Shown piece by piece: positions 11,501 to 21,420 of a DNA stretch of 64,000 nucleotides. A program made the position numbers and the translations under genes. The stretch's first letter is position 1. The number at the start of each line of letters is the position of its first letter. Under the pieces are notes generated by a model. The model saw only the letters and a list, made by a program, of their open reading frames with translations. It did no database searches and was not told the origin of the DNA. Source of the DNA: an uncultured Trueperaceae bacterium (GTDB lineage: Bacteria; Deinococcota; Deinococci; Deinococcales; Trueperaceae); the NCBI GenBank assembly GCA_963739805.1, contig CAVUBJ010000005.1, positions 21,163-85,162 on the forward strand. Direction: 5' to 3'.

Positions 11501-12742
11501 TCAGAAGAAGTCCTTCAGAATGTTGCGGATGCTACCCAGGATCCCGCCCAGACTGCCGGCCTCCTCCTTCTTCTGACGTGGCAGGGCGGCGGCCTGCGTC
11601 ACGCTCTGCGTCATCCCGAAGCGGACCAGCCCGACCGCCGTGGCGTGGGCGGGGCTGGCGACGACATCGGCCAGCCCCGAGACCCCCTCCGGCTTGCCGA
11701 TGCGGACCGGCAGCCGGAATCGGTCGGTGGCGACCTGCTCGATGCCCGGCATGAGCGACGCCCCGCCGGTGATGACCACATTGCCGGCGAGCAGCTCGAG
11801 GGCGCCCATGCGTTGTTCGATGTTGCGCTTGACCAGGTCCAGGATCTCGACGGCGCGCGGCTTGATCACCTGGGCGAGCTCGAAGGTACTGATCGAGGCG
11901 GTGTAGCTGGGGTTGGCGACCTCGAGCTCGACGTCGCGGTCGGCCAGCTCCGGTAGCGCCACGCCGTAGCGGCGCTTGACGCGCTCGGCCTCGTCCGGCG
12001 GGATGCGCAGCAGTTGGCTGATGTCCTGCGTGATGTGGTCGCCTCCCAGGGGGATGACGGCCGAGTGCGCCAGCGTGCCGCGCCGGAACACGCCGACGTC
12101 GGTGGTGCCGCCGCCGATGTCGATGAGCAGGGTCGTCAGCTCCTGCTCGCTGTCGTTGAGCACCGACATGCCCGAGGCGAGGGCCTGCACCACGAGGCCG
12201 TCGACCGAGACCGACGCGTCCCCGGCGCAGCGCTTGAGGTTCTGCAGCGGCCCCTGGGCACCGGCCACGATGTGGACGTCGACCTCGAGGCGGACACCGG
12301 ACATCCCGACCGGGTCCTTGATGCCGTCGTTGCCGTCCACCACGTATTCCTGAGGGATGACGTGGATGATGTCCATGTTCGCCTCGAGCGGCACCGCCCG
12401 GGCGTTCTCGATGCAGCGCTCGATGTCCGAGCGGGTGATCTGCTGGCCGCGCCGGATGGCGGCCATCCCGTGGCTGGTCAACGCCTTGAGGTGGCTCCCC
12501 GCCACCCCCACCCAGGCGGACTCGACGGTGACGCCCGCCACGCGCTGCGCGGCGGCGATGGACTGGCGCACGGAGGCGATGGTGCGCTCGAGGTTGACGA
12601 CGACGCCCTTGCGCAGGCCGTCGCTCGGGACCGTACCCTCGCCGATGATGTCGAGCACGCCGTCGGAGGCGACCTCGCCGATCACGGTGCAGATCTTGGT
12701 GGTCCCGATATCGAGGCCCACGATGATGCGTTCGTCACTCAT
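11501..12742 (-). CDS. ftsA: cell division protein FtsA
   Basis: Actin-like ATPase, IVGLDIGTTKICTVIGE, DIGGGTTDVGVF. Confidence 0.95.
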   Translation of the reverse strand: MSDERIIVGLDIGTTKICTVIGEVASDGVLDIIGEGTVPSDGLRKGVVVNLERTIASVRQSIAAAQRVAGVTVESAWVGVAGSHLKALTSHGMAAIRRGQQITRSDIERCIENARAVPLEANMDIIHVIPQEYVVDGNDGIKDPVGMSGVRLEVDVHIVAGAQGPLQNLKRCAGDASVSVDGLVVQALASGMSVLNDSEQELTTLLIDIGGGTTDVGVFRRGTLAHSAVIPLGGDHITQDISQLLRIPPDEAERVKRRYGVALPELADRDVELEVANPSYTASISTFELAQVIKPRAVEILDLVKRNIEQRMGALELLAGNVVITGGASLMPGIEQVATDRFRLPVRIGKPEGVSGLADVVASPAHATAVGLVRFGMTQSVTQAAALPRQKKEEAGSLGGILGSIRNILKDFF

Positions 12743-13334
12743 GCGCCTTGCTCACTCCCCAGGGGTACACCGCGACCCGACCCCCACGGTGGCTCTCGAA
12801 GGCGGCCCACTGTTGCTTCAAAGCCTCCGCACTTGGTGTGAAAAGCGACGTCCCCGTCAATTGAATCTCGAATCCTTCTGGCGTGTAGCTTATCACCTCG
12901 GGCCCGTAGGGGGTCAGGAGCCGGAGCAGCACCAGCGCCTCCGCCAGACGGGGCTCGCCCCACCCCGTCAGATGTGGCAACGCGGCCCGCGCGTCGGGGC
13001 CCACATCGGGTAAGACTGTACCATCGAGAGCCCAGGTGGTGGCCCCGTCGGTCAGGGCCGGCTGCCGCTCCCACAGCGCGATGGAGATGGTGTCTGGCCA
13101 GTGGCGCAGCACCCGCAGGCGCAGCACCCAGGGGTCGTGGATCAGGCGCCGCATGCGGAAGCTGGTCACCCACAGGAAAGGGTCGCCCGGCGCCACATCG
13201 GCCAGGCGAAGGACCTGCTCGCGCGCCAGGTGCGCGTTGCCGCTCACCGCGACGCGCTCCACGCGCGGCACGAAACGGCTGGTGATCAACGCGGCGCCGG
13301 ACAGCAGCAGCAACACCACCAGCCACGCCCTCAT
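12735..13334 (-). CDS. ftsQ: cell division protein FtsQ/DivIB (POTRA domain)
   Basis: 199-aa product with an N-terminal TM helix (MRAWLVVLLLLSGAALI), then a POTRA-like region. Sits between murB and ftsA. Its ATG overlaps the murB TGA (ATGA). The upstream 250 aa of the track ORF was rejected. Confidence 0.75.
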   Translation of the reverse strand: MRAWLVVLLLLSGAALITSRFVPRVERVAVSGNAHLAREQVLRLADVAPGDPFLWVTSFRMRRLIHDPWVLRLRVLRHWPDTISIALWERQPALTDGATTWALDGTVLPDVGPDARAALPHLTGWGEPRLAEALVLLRLLTPYGPEVISYTPEGFEIQLTGTSLFTPSAEALKQQWAAFESHRGGRVAVYPWGVSKAHE

Positions 13335-14167
13335 CGCTCGAACCCCCACAACCGCCACTCCAGCGCCAGGGGTACCTCCAGGCGCTCGCGGATGCGGTCC
13401 AGCAGGGCGCACACGTCGCGGGCCGTGGCGCGACCGAGGTTGACGATGAAGTTGCCGTGCTCCAGCGATACCATGGCGTCCCCCACGCGTAGGCCCTTGA
13501 GGCCCGCGGCGTCGATGAGGCGCCCGGCGCTGTCGCCCGGCGGATTGGCGAAGGCGCAACCCGCCGACTTCACCTTGGGCTGCCCCTCGCGTGCTTCGTC
13601 GACCGCGCGCATGCGCCGGGCCACGGCCTCGGGCGAGGACGGCGTGAGGCGTAGGCGGGCGCGGGTGACCACGGCGCCCTCGGGCAGCTCGGTGTGCCGG
13701 TAGCCCAGGTGCAGCGCCGCCGCCGGCACGCGCGTGAGCTCCCCGCCGACCACCAGCTCGACCTCCTGCAGGGTGTCGGCCAGCTCGCCGAAGCGCGTGC
13801 CCGCGTTCATGGCGACCGCGCCGCCCAGCACCGCCGGGATGCCCAGCAGCCCCTCGAGGCCGGAGAGCCCGAGGCGCTGGGCCCGACGCACCAGCCCCGG
13901 CAGCGGCGTGGCCGCGCCGAGCCACACGTCGGCGCTCCCGTCCATGGCATCGAGGTCGCGGAAGCCCGTGCCGAGCCGCAGTACGCGCTCGGGCACGCCC
14001 GCGTCCGCGACCAGCAGGTTGGAGCCGGCGCCGAGCACCCGGAACGGGGCGCGCGTCGCCTCCATCACGCCCTCGAGGTCGTGGGCCAGCCACAGCTCGG
14101 CCGGCCCGCCGACCTTCAGGGTGGTGAGCGTGCTCAGCCGTGTGGGGCGCACCTCAACGTGTGGCAT
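13331..14167 (-). CDS. murB: UDP-N-acetylenolpyruvoylglucosamine reductase
   Basis: TTLKVGGPAELW...GAGSNLL FAD-binding domain; C-terminal MurB domain. Start MPHVEVRP. Confidence 0.9.
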   Translation of the reverse strand: MPHVEVRPTRLSTLTTLKVGGPAELWLAHDLEGVMEATRAPFRVLGAGSNLLVADAGVPERVLRLGTGFRDLDAMDGSADVWLGAATPLPGLVRRAQRLGLSGLEGLLGIPAVLGGAVAMNAGTRFGELADTLQEVELVVGGELTRVPAAALHLGYRHTELPEGAVVTRARLRLTPSSPEAVARRMRAVDEAREGQPKVKSAGCAFANPPGDSAGRLIDAAGLKGLRVGDAMVSLEHGNFIVNLGRATARDVCALLDRIRERLEVPLALEWRLWGFER

Positions 14168-15578
14168 GTGCCTCCCCGCGGCCGGAGAGAGCCGCGGCCA
14201 CCGTCCACACGTCGCCGGCGCCCAGGGTGATGATGAGATCGTTGGGCTGCAGCGTTTCGGCCAGGTAGCGTGCGGCGCTCGAGAGGTCGTGGCGCTCCGC
14301 GCGCACGCCGAGCTCGCGCAGGCGCTCCACGATGCGCTCCGGGGAGATGCCCGGGATGGGGGTCTCGCCCGCGCTGTACACGTCGAGCACCAGCACCTCG
14401 TCGGCTCGCGCGGCGGCCTCGGCCAGCGCACGCCAGTGGCGCGCCGTGCGCACCCAGCGGTGGGGCTGCAACACGGCGCGCACGCGCCGGCCGGTGGCGC
14501 GCGCGGTTTCGAGGGTGGCGGCCACCTCGGTGGGGTGGTGGGCGTAGTCGTCGATGATGAGAGCGCCGCCGATGTCCGCCCAGCGCTCCCAGCGCCGGCC
14601 CACGCCGCCGAACGCGGCCAGGGCGTCGAGCGCGCCGGCGGTGTCGAGGCCGGCGAGCTCGACCGCCGCGAGCGCGGCCGCGGCGTTGAGGGCGTTGTGC
14701 CGTCCGGGCACCGCGAGCCGGACCTCCAGCGCGGGTCGCTCGGGGCGCGAGAGGCGGAAGCGGCTGCCCTCGGGCTCGAGCACGAGCCGGGTGAGCCGGT
14801 AGGCGGCATCCGGGTGCTCACCGTAGGACAGGGCGTGCGGGTGGTCGCCCAGCAGCGCGCCCAGGCCGGGCCAGTCGGCGCAGTACAGCAGCACCTCGGC
14901 GTTGGCGGCGTAGCGCCGCGCCGCGGCCTCCAGGTCGGCGAGGCTGGCGTGGTAGTTGCGGCGCTCGTCGAACTCGCCGGCGATGTGATCGTCCTCGAGG
15001 TTGGTGAGCACGGCCACGGCCGGTCGGAGCTCGGCGAAGCCGGGATCGGACTCGTCGACCTCGGCCACCATCCAGGGACCGTCGCCGAAGCGGACGTTGC
15101 CGCGGATGGACGTGAGACGGGCGCCGATCTGGATCGACGGGTCGGTGTGGAGTGCCAGCAGCACGGTGGCGGCCATGCCGGTGGTGGTGCTCTTGCCGTG
15201 GGTGCCGGTGATGCCGATGGTTCGGCGCGCGCCGAACAACGCGCCGAGGAGCTCGATGCGCTTGAGCACCTTGGCGCCCCTGGCGTGGGCGTGGGCCAGC
15301 TCGGGGTGGTCGGGCGGGACCGCCATGCTGTGCACCACCACGTCCGCGTCCTCCACGTGCGACGGGTCGTGCCCGAGGTGCACGTCGATGCCGCGACGCC
15401 GCAGCACCTCGAGCACCTCGCCGTCGTGGGTGTCGCAACCGCTCACGCGGTACCCCTCCTGCGCCGACCACAGCGCCAGGCCGTGCATGCTGACGCCGCC
15501 GATGCCGAGGAAGTGCAGGTGTGTCGGGCGGTCGGAGGGAGCGTCGAGGAGGTGGGGTCGGTCGGGCATGGTGCTCAT
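14154..15578 (-). CDS. murC: UDP-N-acetylmuramate--L-alanine ligase
   Basis: HLHFLGIGGVSMHGLA, GITGTHGKSTTTGM P-loop. Confidence 0.95.
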   Translation of the reverse strand: MSTMPDRPHLLDAPSDRPTHLHFLGIGGVSMHGLALWSAQEGYRVSGCDTHDGEVLEVLRRRGIDVHLGHDPSHVEDADVVVHSMAVPPDHPELAHAHARGAKVLKRIELLGALFGARRTIGITGTHGKSTTTGMAATVLLALHTDPSIQIGARLTSIRGNVRFGDGPWMVAEVDESDPGFAELRPAVAVLTNLEDDHIAGEFDERRNYHASLADLEAAARRYAANAEVLLYCADWPGLGALLGDHPHALSYGEHPDAAYRLTRLVLEPEGSRFRLSRPERPALEVRLAVPGRHNALNAAAALAAVELAGLDTAGALDALAAFGGVGRRWERWADIGGALIIDDYAHHPTEVAATLETARATGRRVRAVLQPHRWVRTARHWRALAEAAARADEVLVLDVYSAGETPIPGISPERIVERLRELGVRAERHDLSSAARYLAETLQPNDLIITLGAGDVWTVAAALSGRGEAHATR

Positions 15579-16714
15579 TCCAGGCTCCCGCGGGCGGCCG
15601 CGACGGGGCGCGTGGGGCGTAGGTGGGGCAGCAGCAGGTCGACGATGCGCTCGGCGGCTCCGGCCGGGGTCCGGGCGGCCGCCGCGGCCGCGGCGCGGGA
15701 CCGGCGGGCGGGGTCGAGCAGCTCCGACCAGGCCCGAGGCAGGGCGGCGAGGTCGCTCTCGTCGACGAGCAGGCCGGCGCCGGCGGCCTCGACGGCGCGC
15801 GCGTTGTGGGTCTGGTGGTCCTCCGCGGCGGTGGGCAGCGGCACCATGATGAGCGGGACGCCATGGAAGGCGGCCTCGCTGAGCGTGCCGACGCCGGCGC
15901 GGGTGATCGCGAGGTCGGCGGCCGCGAAGGCCCCGGCCGCGTCGAGGTAGGGGTGCGGATGGTAGGTCGGATGGTCGGCCACGCGCGCGACCAGGGAGTC
16001 GAACCCGCGAGGGCCGCTGGAGTGGAGCACGTGCAGGCCCGCCGCCGCCGGGCCGAGCGCCTCGAAGGCTTCGGGGACGGCCCGGTTGAGCGCCGCGGAG
16101 CCCTGCGAGCCGCCCATCACGAGGGTGAGCGTAGCGTCGGCCGGGATGCCGAGGGCGGCGCGCGCGTCGGCGCGCGCCACGCGCCGCTCGCGTACCGGGA
16201 AGGGCTGCAGCGCCAGCGGTGCGCGGGCCGGGAGATGGGCGCCCGCCTCGCCCTGGGCCAGCACCACGACCCGGGCGCGGCCCGCGAACCAGCGCGTGAC
16301 GCGGCTCGGGAAGGCGTTACCCTCGTGCAGCGCCAGCGGCGTGCGCGTCACGGTGGCGGCCAGGCAACCGGGGAAGGAGGCGAAGCCACCGAACCCCACC
16401 ACCAGCCGCGGGCGCGCCCGCCGCACCGCGGCGACGGCGCCGGCGAGCCCGGCGAGGGCGGCCAGCGCCTGGCGCGGGTCGGGCCGTTGCCGGTCCCACT
16501 TGCCGGCCGCGACGCCGCAGAACGGCAGGCCGGCCTCGGCGACCAGGCTGGCCTCCATCCCCGAACGCTGGCCCAGGACGGCCACCTTCAGGCCGCGCCG
16601 GCCGGCGGCGCGGGCCACCGCCAGCGCCGGGTAGATGTGCCCGCCGGTGCCGCCCGTGGCGAGCAGCAGGTCGAGATCGCGCGGCAGGGGCGCGGCGCGC
16701 TCGGCGGCGCTCAT
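15575..16714 (-). CDS. murG: UDP-GlcNAc:undecaprenyl-PP-MurNAc-pentapeptide GlcNAc transferase
   Basis: LLLATGGTGGHIYPALAVA, a GT28 family signature. True start MSAAERAAP (ATG 16712-16714). The 150-aa Arg/His-rich upstream part of the track ORF was rejected. Confidence 0.9.
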   Translation of the reverse strand: MSAAERAAPLPRDLDLLLATGGTGGHIYPALAVARAAGRRGLKVAVLGQRSGMEASLVAEAGLPFCGVAAGKWDRQRPDPRQALAALAGLAGAVAAVRRARPRLVVGFGGFASFPGCLAATVTRTPLALHEGNAFPSRVTRWFAGRARVVVLAQGEAGAHLPARAPLALQPFPVRERRVARADARAALGIPADATLTLVMGGSQGSAALNRAVPEAFEALGPAAAGLHVLHSSGPRGFDSLVARVADHPTYHPHPYLDAAGAFAAADLAITRAGVGTLSEAAFHGVPLIMVPLPTAAEDHQTHNARAVEAAGAGLLVDESDLAALPRAWSELLDPARRSRAAAAAAARTPAGAAERIVDLLLPHLRPTRPVAAARGSLE

Positions 16715-17763
16715 GGAGCCACCCCCTCGCCACGCGCCTGACGGTGGGCGGAGTGGATGAAGCCCATGGCGATGGAGACCGACAGCAGGCTGTTGAGGCC
16801 GTAGCTGACGAACGGCAGAGGGATGCCCGTGATGGGGAAGAGGCCGGAGGCGACCAGCAGGTTCACGGCCGCCTGCCCGCCGATGTAGGCGCTTGCACCG
16901 GCCGCCAGCAGGCTGCCGGGCCCGCGGATGCTGGCGGCGATGCGCAGGCCCCGGCCTGCGAGCAGCACGAACAGCACCACCAGCGTGAGCACGCCGATGA
17001 AGCCCAGCGACTGCCCCACGGCGATGGCGACCATGTCGGTGTCGGCCTCCGGCACGCGCACCGGGCGCCCGGGTCCGATGCCGGTGACGCCGGCCTGCGC
17101 CAGCGCGCGGCGCGCGGCATAGGCCTGGTAGCTCGCCCCGGAGGTCTGCTGCTGGCCGCCCCACAGATCGGCGAATCCCGTGATGCGCTGCTGCAGGTAG
17201 TGGAACTGGCTGAGGTAGGGGCCGGCGACCAGCAGCGCGATCAGCGCCGCCGCGGTGCTGATCGACAGCAGCCGCGTCAGCGTGGTGCCGGCGGCGAGCA
17301 TGATGGCGAAGGCCAGGGCGAAGAGGAACAGCGCCGTGCTGACGTCGGGCTCGGCCACGATGAGTCCCGCCGCCAGGCCGATGACCACCATCGGGCGCCA
17401 GATCTGCCAGTTCCCCAGGTGGTTGTGGAAGAAGGCGGTGAGGTACGCGATGACGGTGACCTTCATGAACTCCGAGGGCTGGAGCGAGACCGGTCCGATC
17501 AGGATCCAGCGTTTGCTCTCGCTCCCGGCCGGGGAGACGCCGACGACCAGGACCGCGAGCAGCATCAGCAGCAGCGTGGCGTAGGCCCAGGGGCTGGCGC
17601 GCACGATGCGGCGGGGCGACACCCGGGCCACCAGCACGGTGAGTGCGAAGCCGGCCAGGAAACGCAGGCCGTGGGCCACCGCCGTGTCGGGGGAGGCGGC
17701 GGTGACGCCCACCACGCCGAGGGCGCCGAGAAGGAGTTGCAGGGTGATCAGGAAGGGGTCCAC
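16711..17763 (-). CDS. ftsW: peptidoglycan glycosyltransferase FtsW (SEDS family)
   Basis: Ten predicted TM segments; the SEDS family C-terminal part is conserved. GTG start (VDPFLITLQLL) is inferred. The track ORF runs 384 aa further upstream in junk. Confidence 0.8.
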   Translation of the reverse strand: MDPFLITLQLLLGALGVVGVTAASPDTAVAHGLRFLAGFALTVLVARVSPRRIVRASPWAYATLLLMLLAVLVVGVSPAGSESKRWILIGPVSLQPSEFMKVTVIAYLTAFFHNHLGNWQIWRPMVVIGLAAGLIVAEPDVSTALFLFALAFAIMLAAGTTLTRLLSISTAAALIALLVAGPYLSQFHYLQQRITGFADLWGGQQQTSGASYQAYAARRALAQAGVTGIGPGRPVRVPEADTDMVAIAVGQSLGFIGVLTLVVLFVLLAGRGLRIAASIRGPGSLLAAGASAYIGGQAAVNLLVASGLFPITGIPLPFVSYGLNSLLSVSIAMGFIHSAHRQARGEGVAP

Positions 17764-19091
17764 GGCGCCCCCTCGAGCTCGCGCACGGCGGCGCGGAAGA
17801 TCTCGGCGCGCTCGCGGTAGTCGCGGAACTGGTCGAACGAGGCCGCCAGCGGAGCCAACAGCACCCAGCCGCTGCCGTGGTGGTGGTCCCGGAGGTGCTG
17901 CAGTGCCTCGCGGGCCGCCCAGCGCATGGCCGCGGCGCCGTCGGTATCGGGGCAGACGCGCGCCCGCGCGTCGCTCGCGAAGGCCCGCGCGAAGTACGGG
18001 CCGGCCTCGCCCACGCCCAGCAGCAGCGACACGCGCTCGCGCACGAGCGGGCGCAGCTCCTCCAGCGAGGCGCGCTTGTCCTGGCCGCCGGCGATCCACA
18101 CCAGCGGCGTGGGGGTCGAGCGCAGGGCGGCCGCGACGGCCAGCGGGCGGGTGGCGATGGAGTCCTCGATGAAGCGTACGTCGCCGATGCGGCCCGCCGG
18201 CGCGTAGCGTCCCGGCAGCCCGCGGAACACCCGCAGCCCCGCCGCGATGGCGTCGCGCTCGAGCCCCACGGCGCGGCACGCCAGGGCCACCGCCAGCGCG
18301 TTGGCGACCTGGTGACGTCCGGTCACGGCCAGCTCCGCCGCGCCCAGCAGCGGGGCGCCGTCGAGGTGCAGCGCCTGCGTGGTGGGCTCGAGCCAGGCGT
18401 CGCTGGGCGAGCGCAGCGAGAAGCCGCGCGCGCGCGCCGGCCCCTCTTCCGCCCAGGCGGCCAGGCGGGGATCGTCGGCGTTGAACACGAAGCTGTCGCG
18501 CGCCTCGAGGTTGTCCAGCAGCCGTCGCTTGGCCGCGTGGTAGGCCTCGACGCTGCCGTGGCGGTCGATGTGATCCTCGCCGAGGTTGAGCACCACGGCG
18601 ACCTCCGGATGGAAGTCGGCGCAGCGCTCGAGTTGGAACGAGGACATCTCCACGACGTGCGTGCGCCCGGGCGCGGCGACGGCCGCCAGGGCCGGATCGA
18701 TGTTGCCGCCGGCGACGGCGTCTACGCCGGCGGCCTCCAGCGTGTCGGCGATCCAGCGGGTGGTGGTGCCCTTGCCGGCCGTGCCGGTCACGCCCAGGTA
18801 GCGCCCGGGCACCGTGCGTGCGACCCACTCCACCTCCCCGATGACCGGCGTGCCGCCCGCCCGCAGGCGCGCGAGGTCCGGGTGGTCGATGGGCACGCCG
18901 GGCGCGGCGATGCACAGATCCGCGCCGGCCTCGGCGGCGTCGAGCACGCGACGCGCGCCCGCCTCGGCCGCCGCGTCGAGATCGGGGCCGGCCTCGCGGG
19001 CGTCGAAGTACACCACGGCATGCCCCTGGCGGCGGGCCAGGCGCAACACCGCCAGGCCGCTGCGGCCCAGGCCGTAGATCAACAGCCTCAC
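17748..19091 (-). CDS. murD: UDP-N-acetylmuramoylalanine--D-glutamate ligase
   Basis: LIYGLGRSG, GVTGTAGKGTTT P-loop. GTG start overlaps the mraY stop (GTGA). Confidence 0.9.
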   Translation of the reverse strand: MRLLIYGLGRSGLAVLRLARRQGHAVVYFDAREAGPDLDAAAEAGARRVLDAAEAGADLCIAAPGVPIDHPDLARLRAGGTPVIGEVEWVARTVPGRYLGVTGTAGKGTTTRWIADTLEAAGVDAVAGGNIDPALAAVAAPGRTHVVEMSSFQLERCADFHPEVAVVLNLGEDHIDRHGSVEAYHAAKRRLLDNLEARDSFVFNADDPRLAAWAEEGPARARGFSLRSPSDAWLEPTTQALHLDGAPLLGAAELAVTGRHQVANALAVALACRAVGLERDAIAAGLRVFRGLPGRYAPAGRIGDVRFIEDSIATRPLAVAAALRSTPTPLVWIAGGQDKRASLEELRPLVRERVSLLLGVGEAGPYFARAFASDARARVCPDTDGAAAMRWAAREALQHLRDHHHGSGWVLLAPLAASFDQFRDYRERAEIFRAAVRELEGAPWTPS

Positions 19092-19999
19092 GGCCACCCC
19101 ACCCACAGGTAGTACGTCAGTGCCACCGCGACGGCGGTCACCGACAAGAAGCGCCACACCACGCGTGTCTCGCTCCAGCCGGAGAGCTCGAAGTGGTGGT
19201 GGAGCGGGCTCATGCGCAGCAGCCGGCGCCCGCCGGTGGCGCGGAAGTACGCCACCTGCGCCACCACGGAGAGCACCTCGAGTACCGGCACGATGGCGAT
19301 GAGCGGCAGGTACCACACGACCCCCTGCTGGATCGCCAGCCCGGCCAACGCGGCGCCGAGCGCCTCCGAGCCGACGCCACCGAGGAACACGCGGGCGGGG
19401 TGGGCGTTGTACCAGAGGAAGCCGAGCAGCGCGCCGAGCAGCGCGGCCGCCAGCGGGGAGCCGAGGAACAACAGCAGCATGATGGCCATCATCCCGCCGG
19501 CCAGGCCGTCGAGCCCGTCCGAGAAGTTCAGGGCGTTGACGGCGCCGACCACGATGAAGGCCAGACCGAACAGGTCGAGCCATGGCACCCCGAACAGCGC
19601 CGCGCCGGCCCGCACCGCCCAGGCGGCGTAGGCCAGCGCCAGGGCACCCTGGCCGAGCAGGCGGTAGCGCGCCAGCAGGCCGGTGGCGGCGTCCGCGCCC
19701 CGCGCCGCGCGGCGCTTGCGGGCCAGCGACGTCAGGTCGTCGTAGAGCCCGAGGACCCCGCTTCCCAGGATCAGCAGCACGGTGGGCAGCTCCTGAGCGG
19801 GCGCCGGGGAGCGCAGCCACCACACCGCCACCGCGGCGACCAGCACGGCGGTGCCGCCCATGGTCGGGGTGCCCGCCTTGGCCAGATGACTGCCGGGACC
19901 GTCGCTGCGCACCACCTTGCCCCAGCCCAGGCGCCTGGCCAGCTGGATGAAGGTGCCGCTCAGCAGCAGGCCGAGCAGGGCCGCGACCAGGATGGTCAT
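19088..19999 (-). CDS. mraY: phospho-N-acetylmuramoyl-pentapeptide transferase
   Basis: NALNFSDGLDGLAGG, HHHFE motif, multiple TM helices. ATG overlaps the murF stop. Confidence 0.95.
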   Translation of the reverse strand: MTILVAALLGLLLSGTFIQLARRLGWGKVVRSDGPGSHLAKAGTPTMGGTAVLVAAVAVWWLRSPAPAQELPTVLLILGSGVLGLYDDLTSLARKRRAARGADAATGLLARYRLLGQGALALAYAAWAVRAGAALFGVPWLDLFGLAFIVVGAVNALNFSDGLDGLAGGMMAIMLLLFLGSPLAAALLGALLGFLWYNAHPARVFLGGVGSEALGAALAGLAIQQGVVWYLPLIAIVPVLEVLSVVAQVAYFRATGGRRLLRMSPLHHHFELSGWSETRVVWRFLSVTAVAVALTYYLWVGWP

Positions 20000-21351
20000 G
20001 GCGCCTCCCCGCCGTGCGCCGGTGCGGCGGCGGGCTCCAGGCGCCGTACGAAGGCCTCGACCAGGCGCTCGAGTCGGGCCCCGCGCGAGGCCTTGAACAG
20101 CACCGTGCCACGGCGCGGCAGCCGGTCGAGCAGGGCCTCGGCGGCCGCCGGGTCCGCGGCGTGCAGCGCCTCGGGGTTGCCCTCCTGGATCCGGGCCGCC
20201 TCGGGGCCCACGGCCAGCACCAGGTCGAGGCCGCGCGTGGCCTCGCCCAGCGCGCGGTGGTAGGCGGCGCTCTTCGGGCCCAGCTCGAGCATGTCCCCCA
20301 GCACCGCCGCGCGCGGCGCCGGCGCGCCCCGCAGTACCTCGAGGGCCGCGGCGGCGGAGGCGGGGTTGCTGTTGTAGCTGTCGTCCAGGACGGTCAGGGC
20401 GCCGTAGCGGCGGGGTTGCAGGCGGCCCGGCTCGAGGCGGACCGCGCGCAGGCGCCCCGCGGCCTGCCCGAGGTCCAGGCCGAGCCGTTGCGCCAGCGCC
20501 AGCGCGGCGAGGGCGTTGTGAGCCATGGCCCGGCCCGGCCACGGCAATTCGACTTCCAGCGCCCCGAAGGCGAGGCGCTGGGAGAAGCCCGCGCCCGGGT
20601 GGCGGGTGGCGAGCAGCGGCACGTCGCGGGGCTCGCGTTCGCCGGGCTCGAGCACGCGGTACGCCTCCACCCCGGCGCGCAGCTCACGTGGCAGGTGGGG
20701 CCGCGCGTCCCAGGCCGCCAGCCGCACGCCGGGTGCGGCCGCCAGCAGCGCGCCCTTCTCGCGCGCCACGGTGGCGACGTCGCCCAGCGCGTCGAGGTGG
20801 CTGGCCGCCACGGAGGTGAGCACGGCGTGGTCCGGTGCCGTGAGCTCGATCAGGCGGGCCATCTCGCCGACGTGGTCGATGCCGAGCTCCAGCACCAGCG
20901 GGCGCGCCTCGTCGGCGCGCATCGCGGCGTCGAGCAGCGTGACGGCGAGGGCCAGCGGCGTGTTGAGGTTTCCCGGCGTGGCGAGGGCCGCCAGGGTCCC
21001 GGCCATCATGGCCTTGGTGCTCGTCTTTCCCGCGGAGCCGGTGACCGCCACCACGGGGGTCGCCAGGTCGGCGCGCGCCGCCCGCCCGAGGGCGAGCAGC
21101 AGGCCGGCCGGGTCCTCGGTCACCGCCCCGCGCTCGTGCGGGAGGTCCGAGACCACGAAGGCGGCGCCGCGCGCGAGCGCCTCCTCCGCGAACGCCATGC
21201 CGTGTCCGTGGGCGCCGGGGAGGGCGAAGAACACGTCGCCCGGGCGCACCGAGGCGCTGTGGAAGGAGGCGCCCCTGCCGGCCGGCAGCGGCGCCTCCGG
21301 GGCGCTCAGCTTCGCCAGGCTGCGCAGCAAGGCCAGGTCAAGCTGCCTCAT
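19996..21351 (-). CDS. murF: UDP-MurNAc-tripeptide--D-Ala-D-Ala ligase
   Basis: VVAVTGSAGKTSTK P-loop, Mur ligase middle and C-terminal domains. GGAGGGGA RBS upstream. Confidence 0.92.
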   Translation of the reverse strand: MRQLDLALLRSLAKLSAPEAPLPAGRGASFHSASVRPGDVFFALPGAHGHGMAFAEEALARGAAFVVSDLPHERGAVTEDPAGLLLALGRAARADLATPVVAVTGSAGKTSTKAMMAGTLAALATPGNLNTPLALAVTLLDAAMRADEARPLVLELGIDHVGEMARLIELTAPDHAVLTSVAASHLDALGDVATVAREKGALLAAAPGVRLAAWDARPHLPRELRAGVEAYRVLEPGEREPRDVPLLATRHPGAGFSQRLAFGALEVELPWPGRAMAHNALAALALAQRLGLDLGQAAGRLRAVRLEPGRLQPRRYGALTVLDDSYNSNPASAAAALEVLRGAPAPRAAVLGDMLELGPKSAAYHRALGEATRGLDLVLAVGPEAARIQEGNPEALHAADPAAAEALLDRLPRRGTVLFKASRGARLERLVEAFVRRLEPAAAPAHGGEAP

Positions 21352-21420
21352 GGGGCCATCCCCTCCATATCATGCCCACTGTACACAACATGCACATGGT
21401 GTGCGCGGTGTGCGTCGCCC

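Noticed and set aside
13335-20542. N-terminal extensions of track ORFs for ftsQ, murB, murG, ftsW, murD and mraY (hundreds of extra Arg/Pro-rich residues)
   Set aside because: True starts are fixed by conserved N-termini and by ATGA/GTGA junctions with the upstream gene. The extensions read through the preceding gene in another frame.
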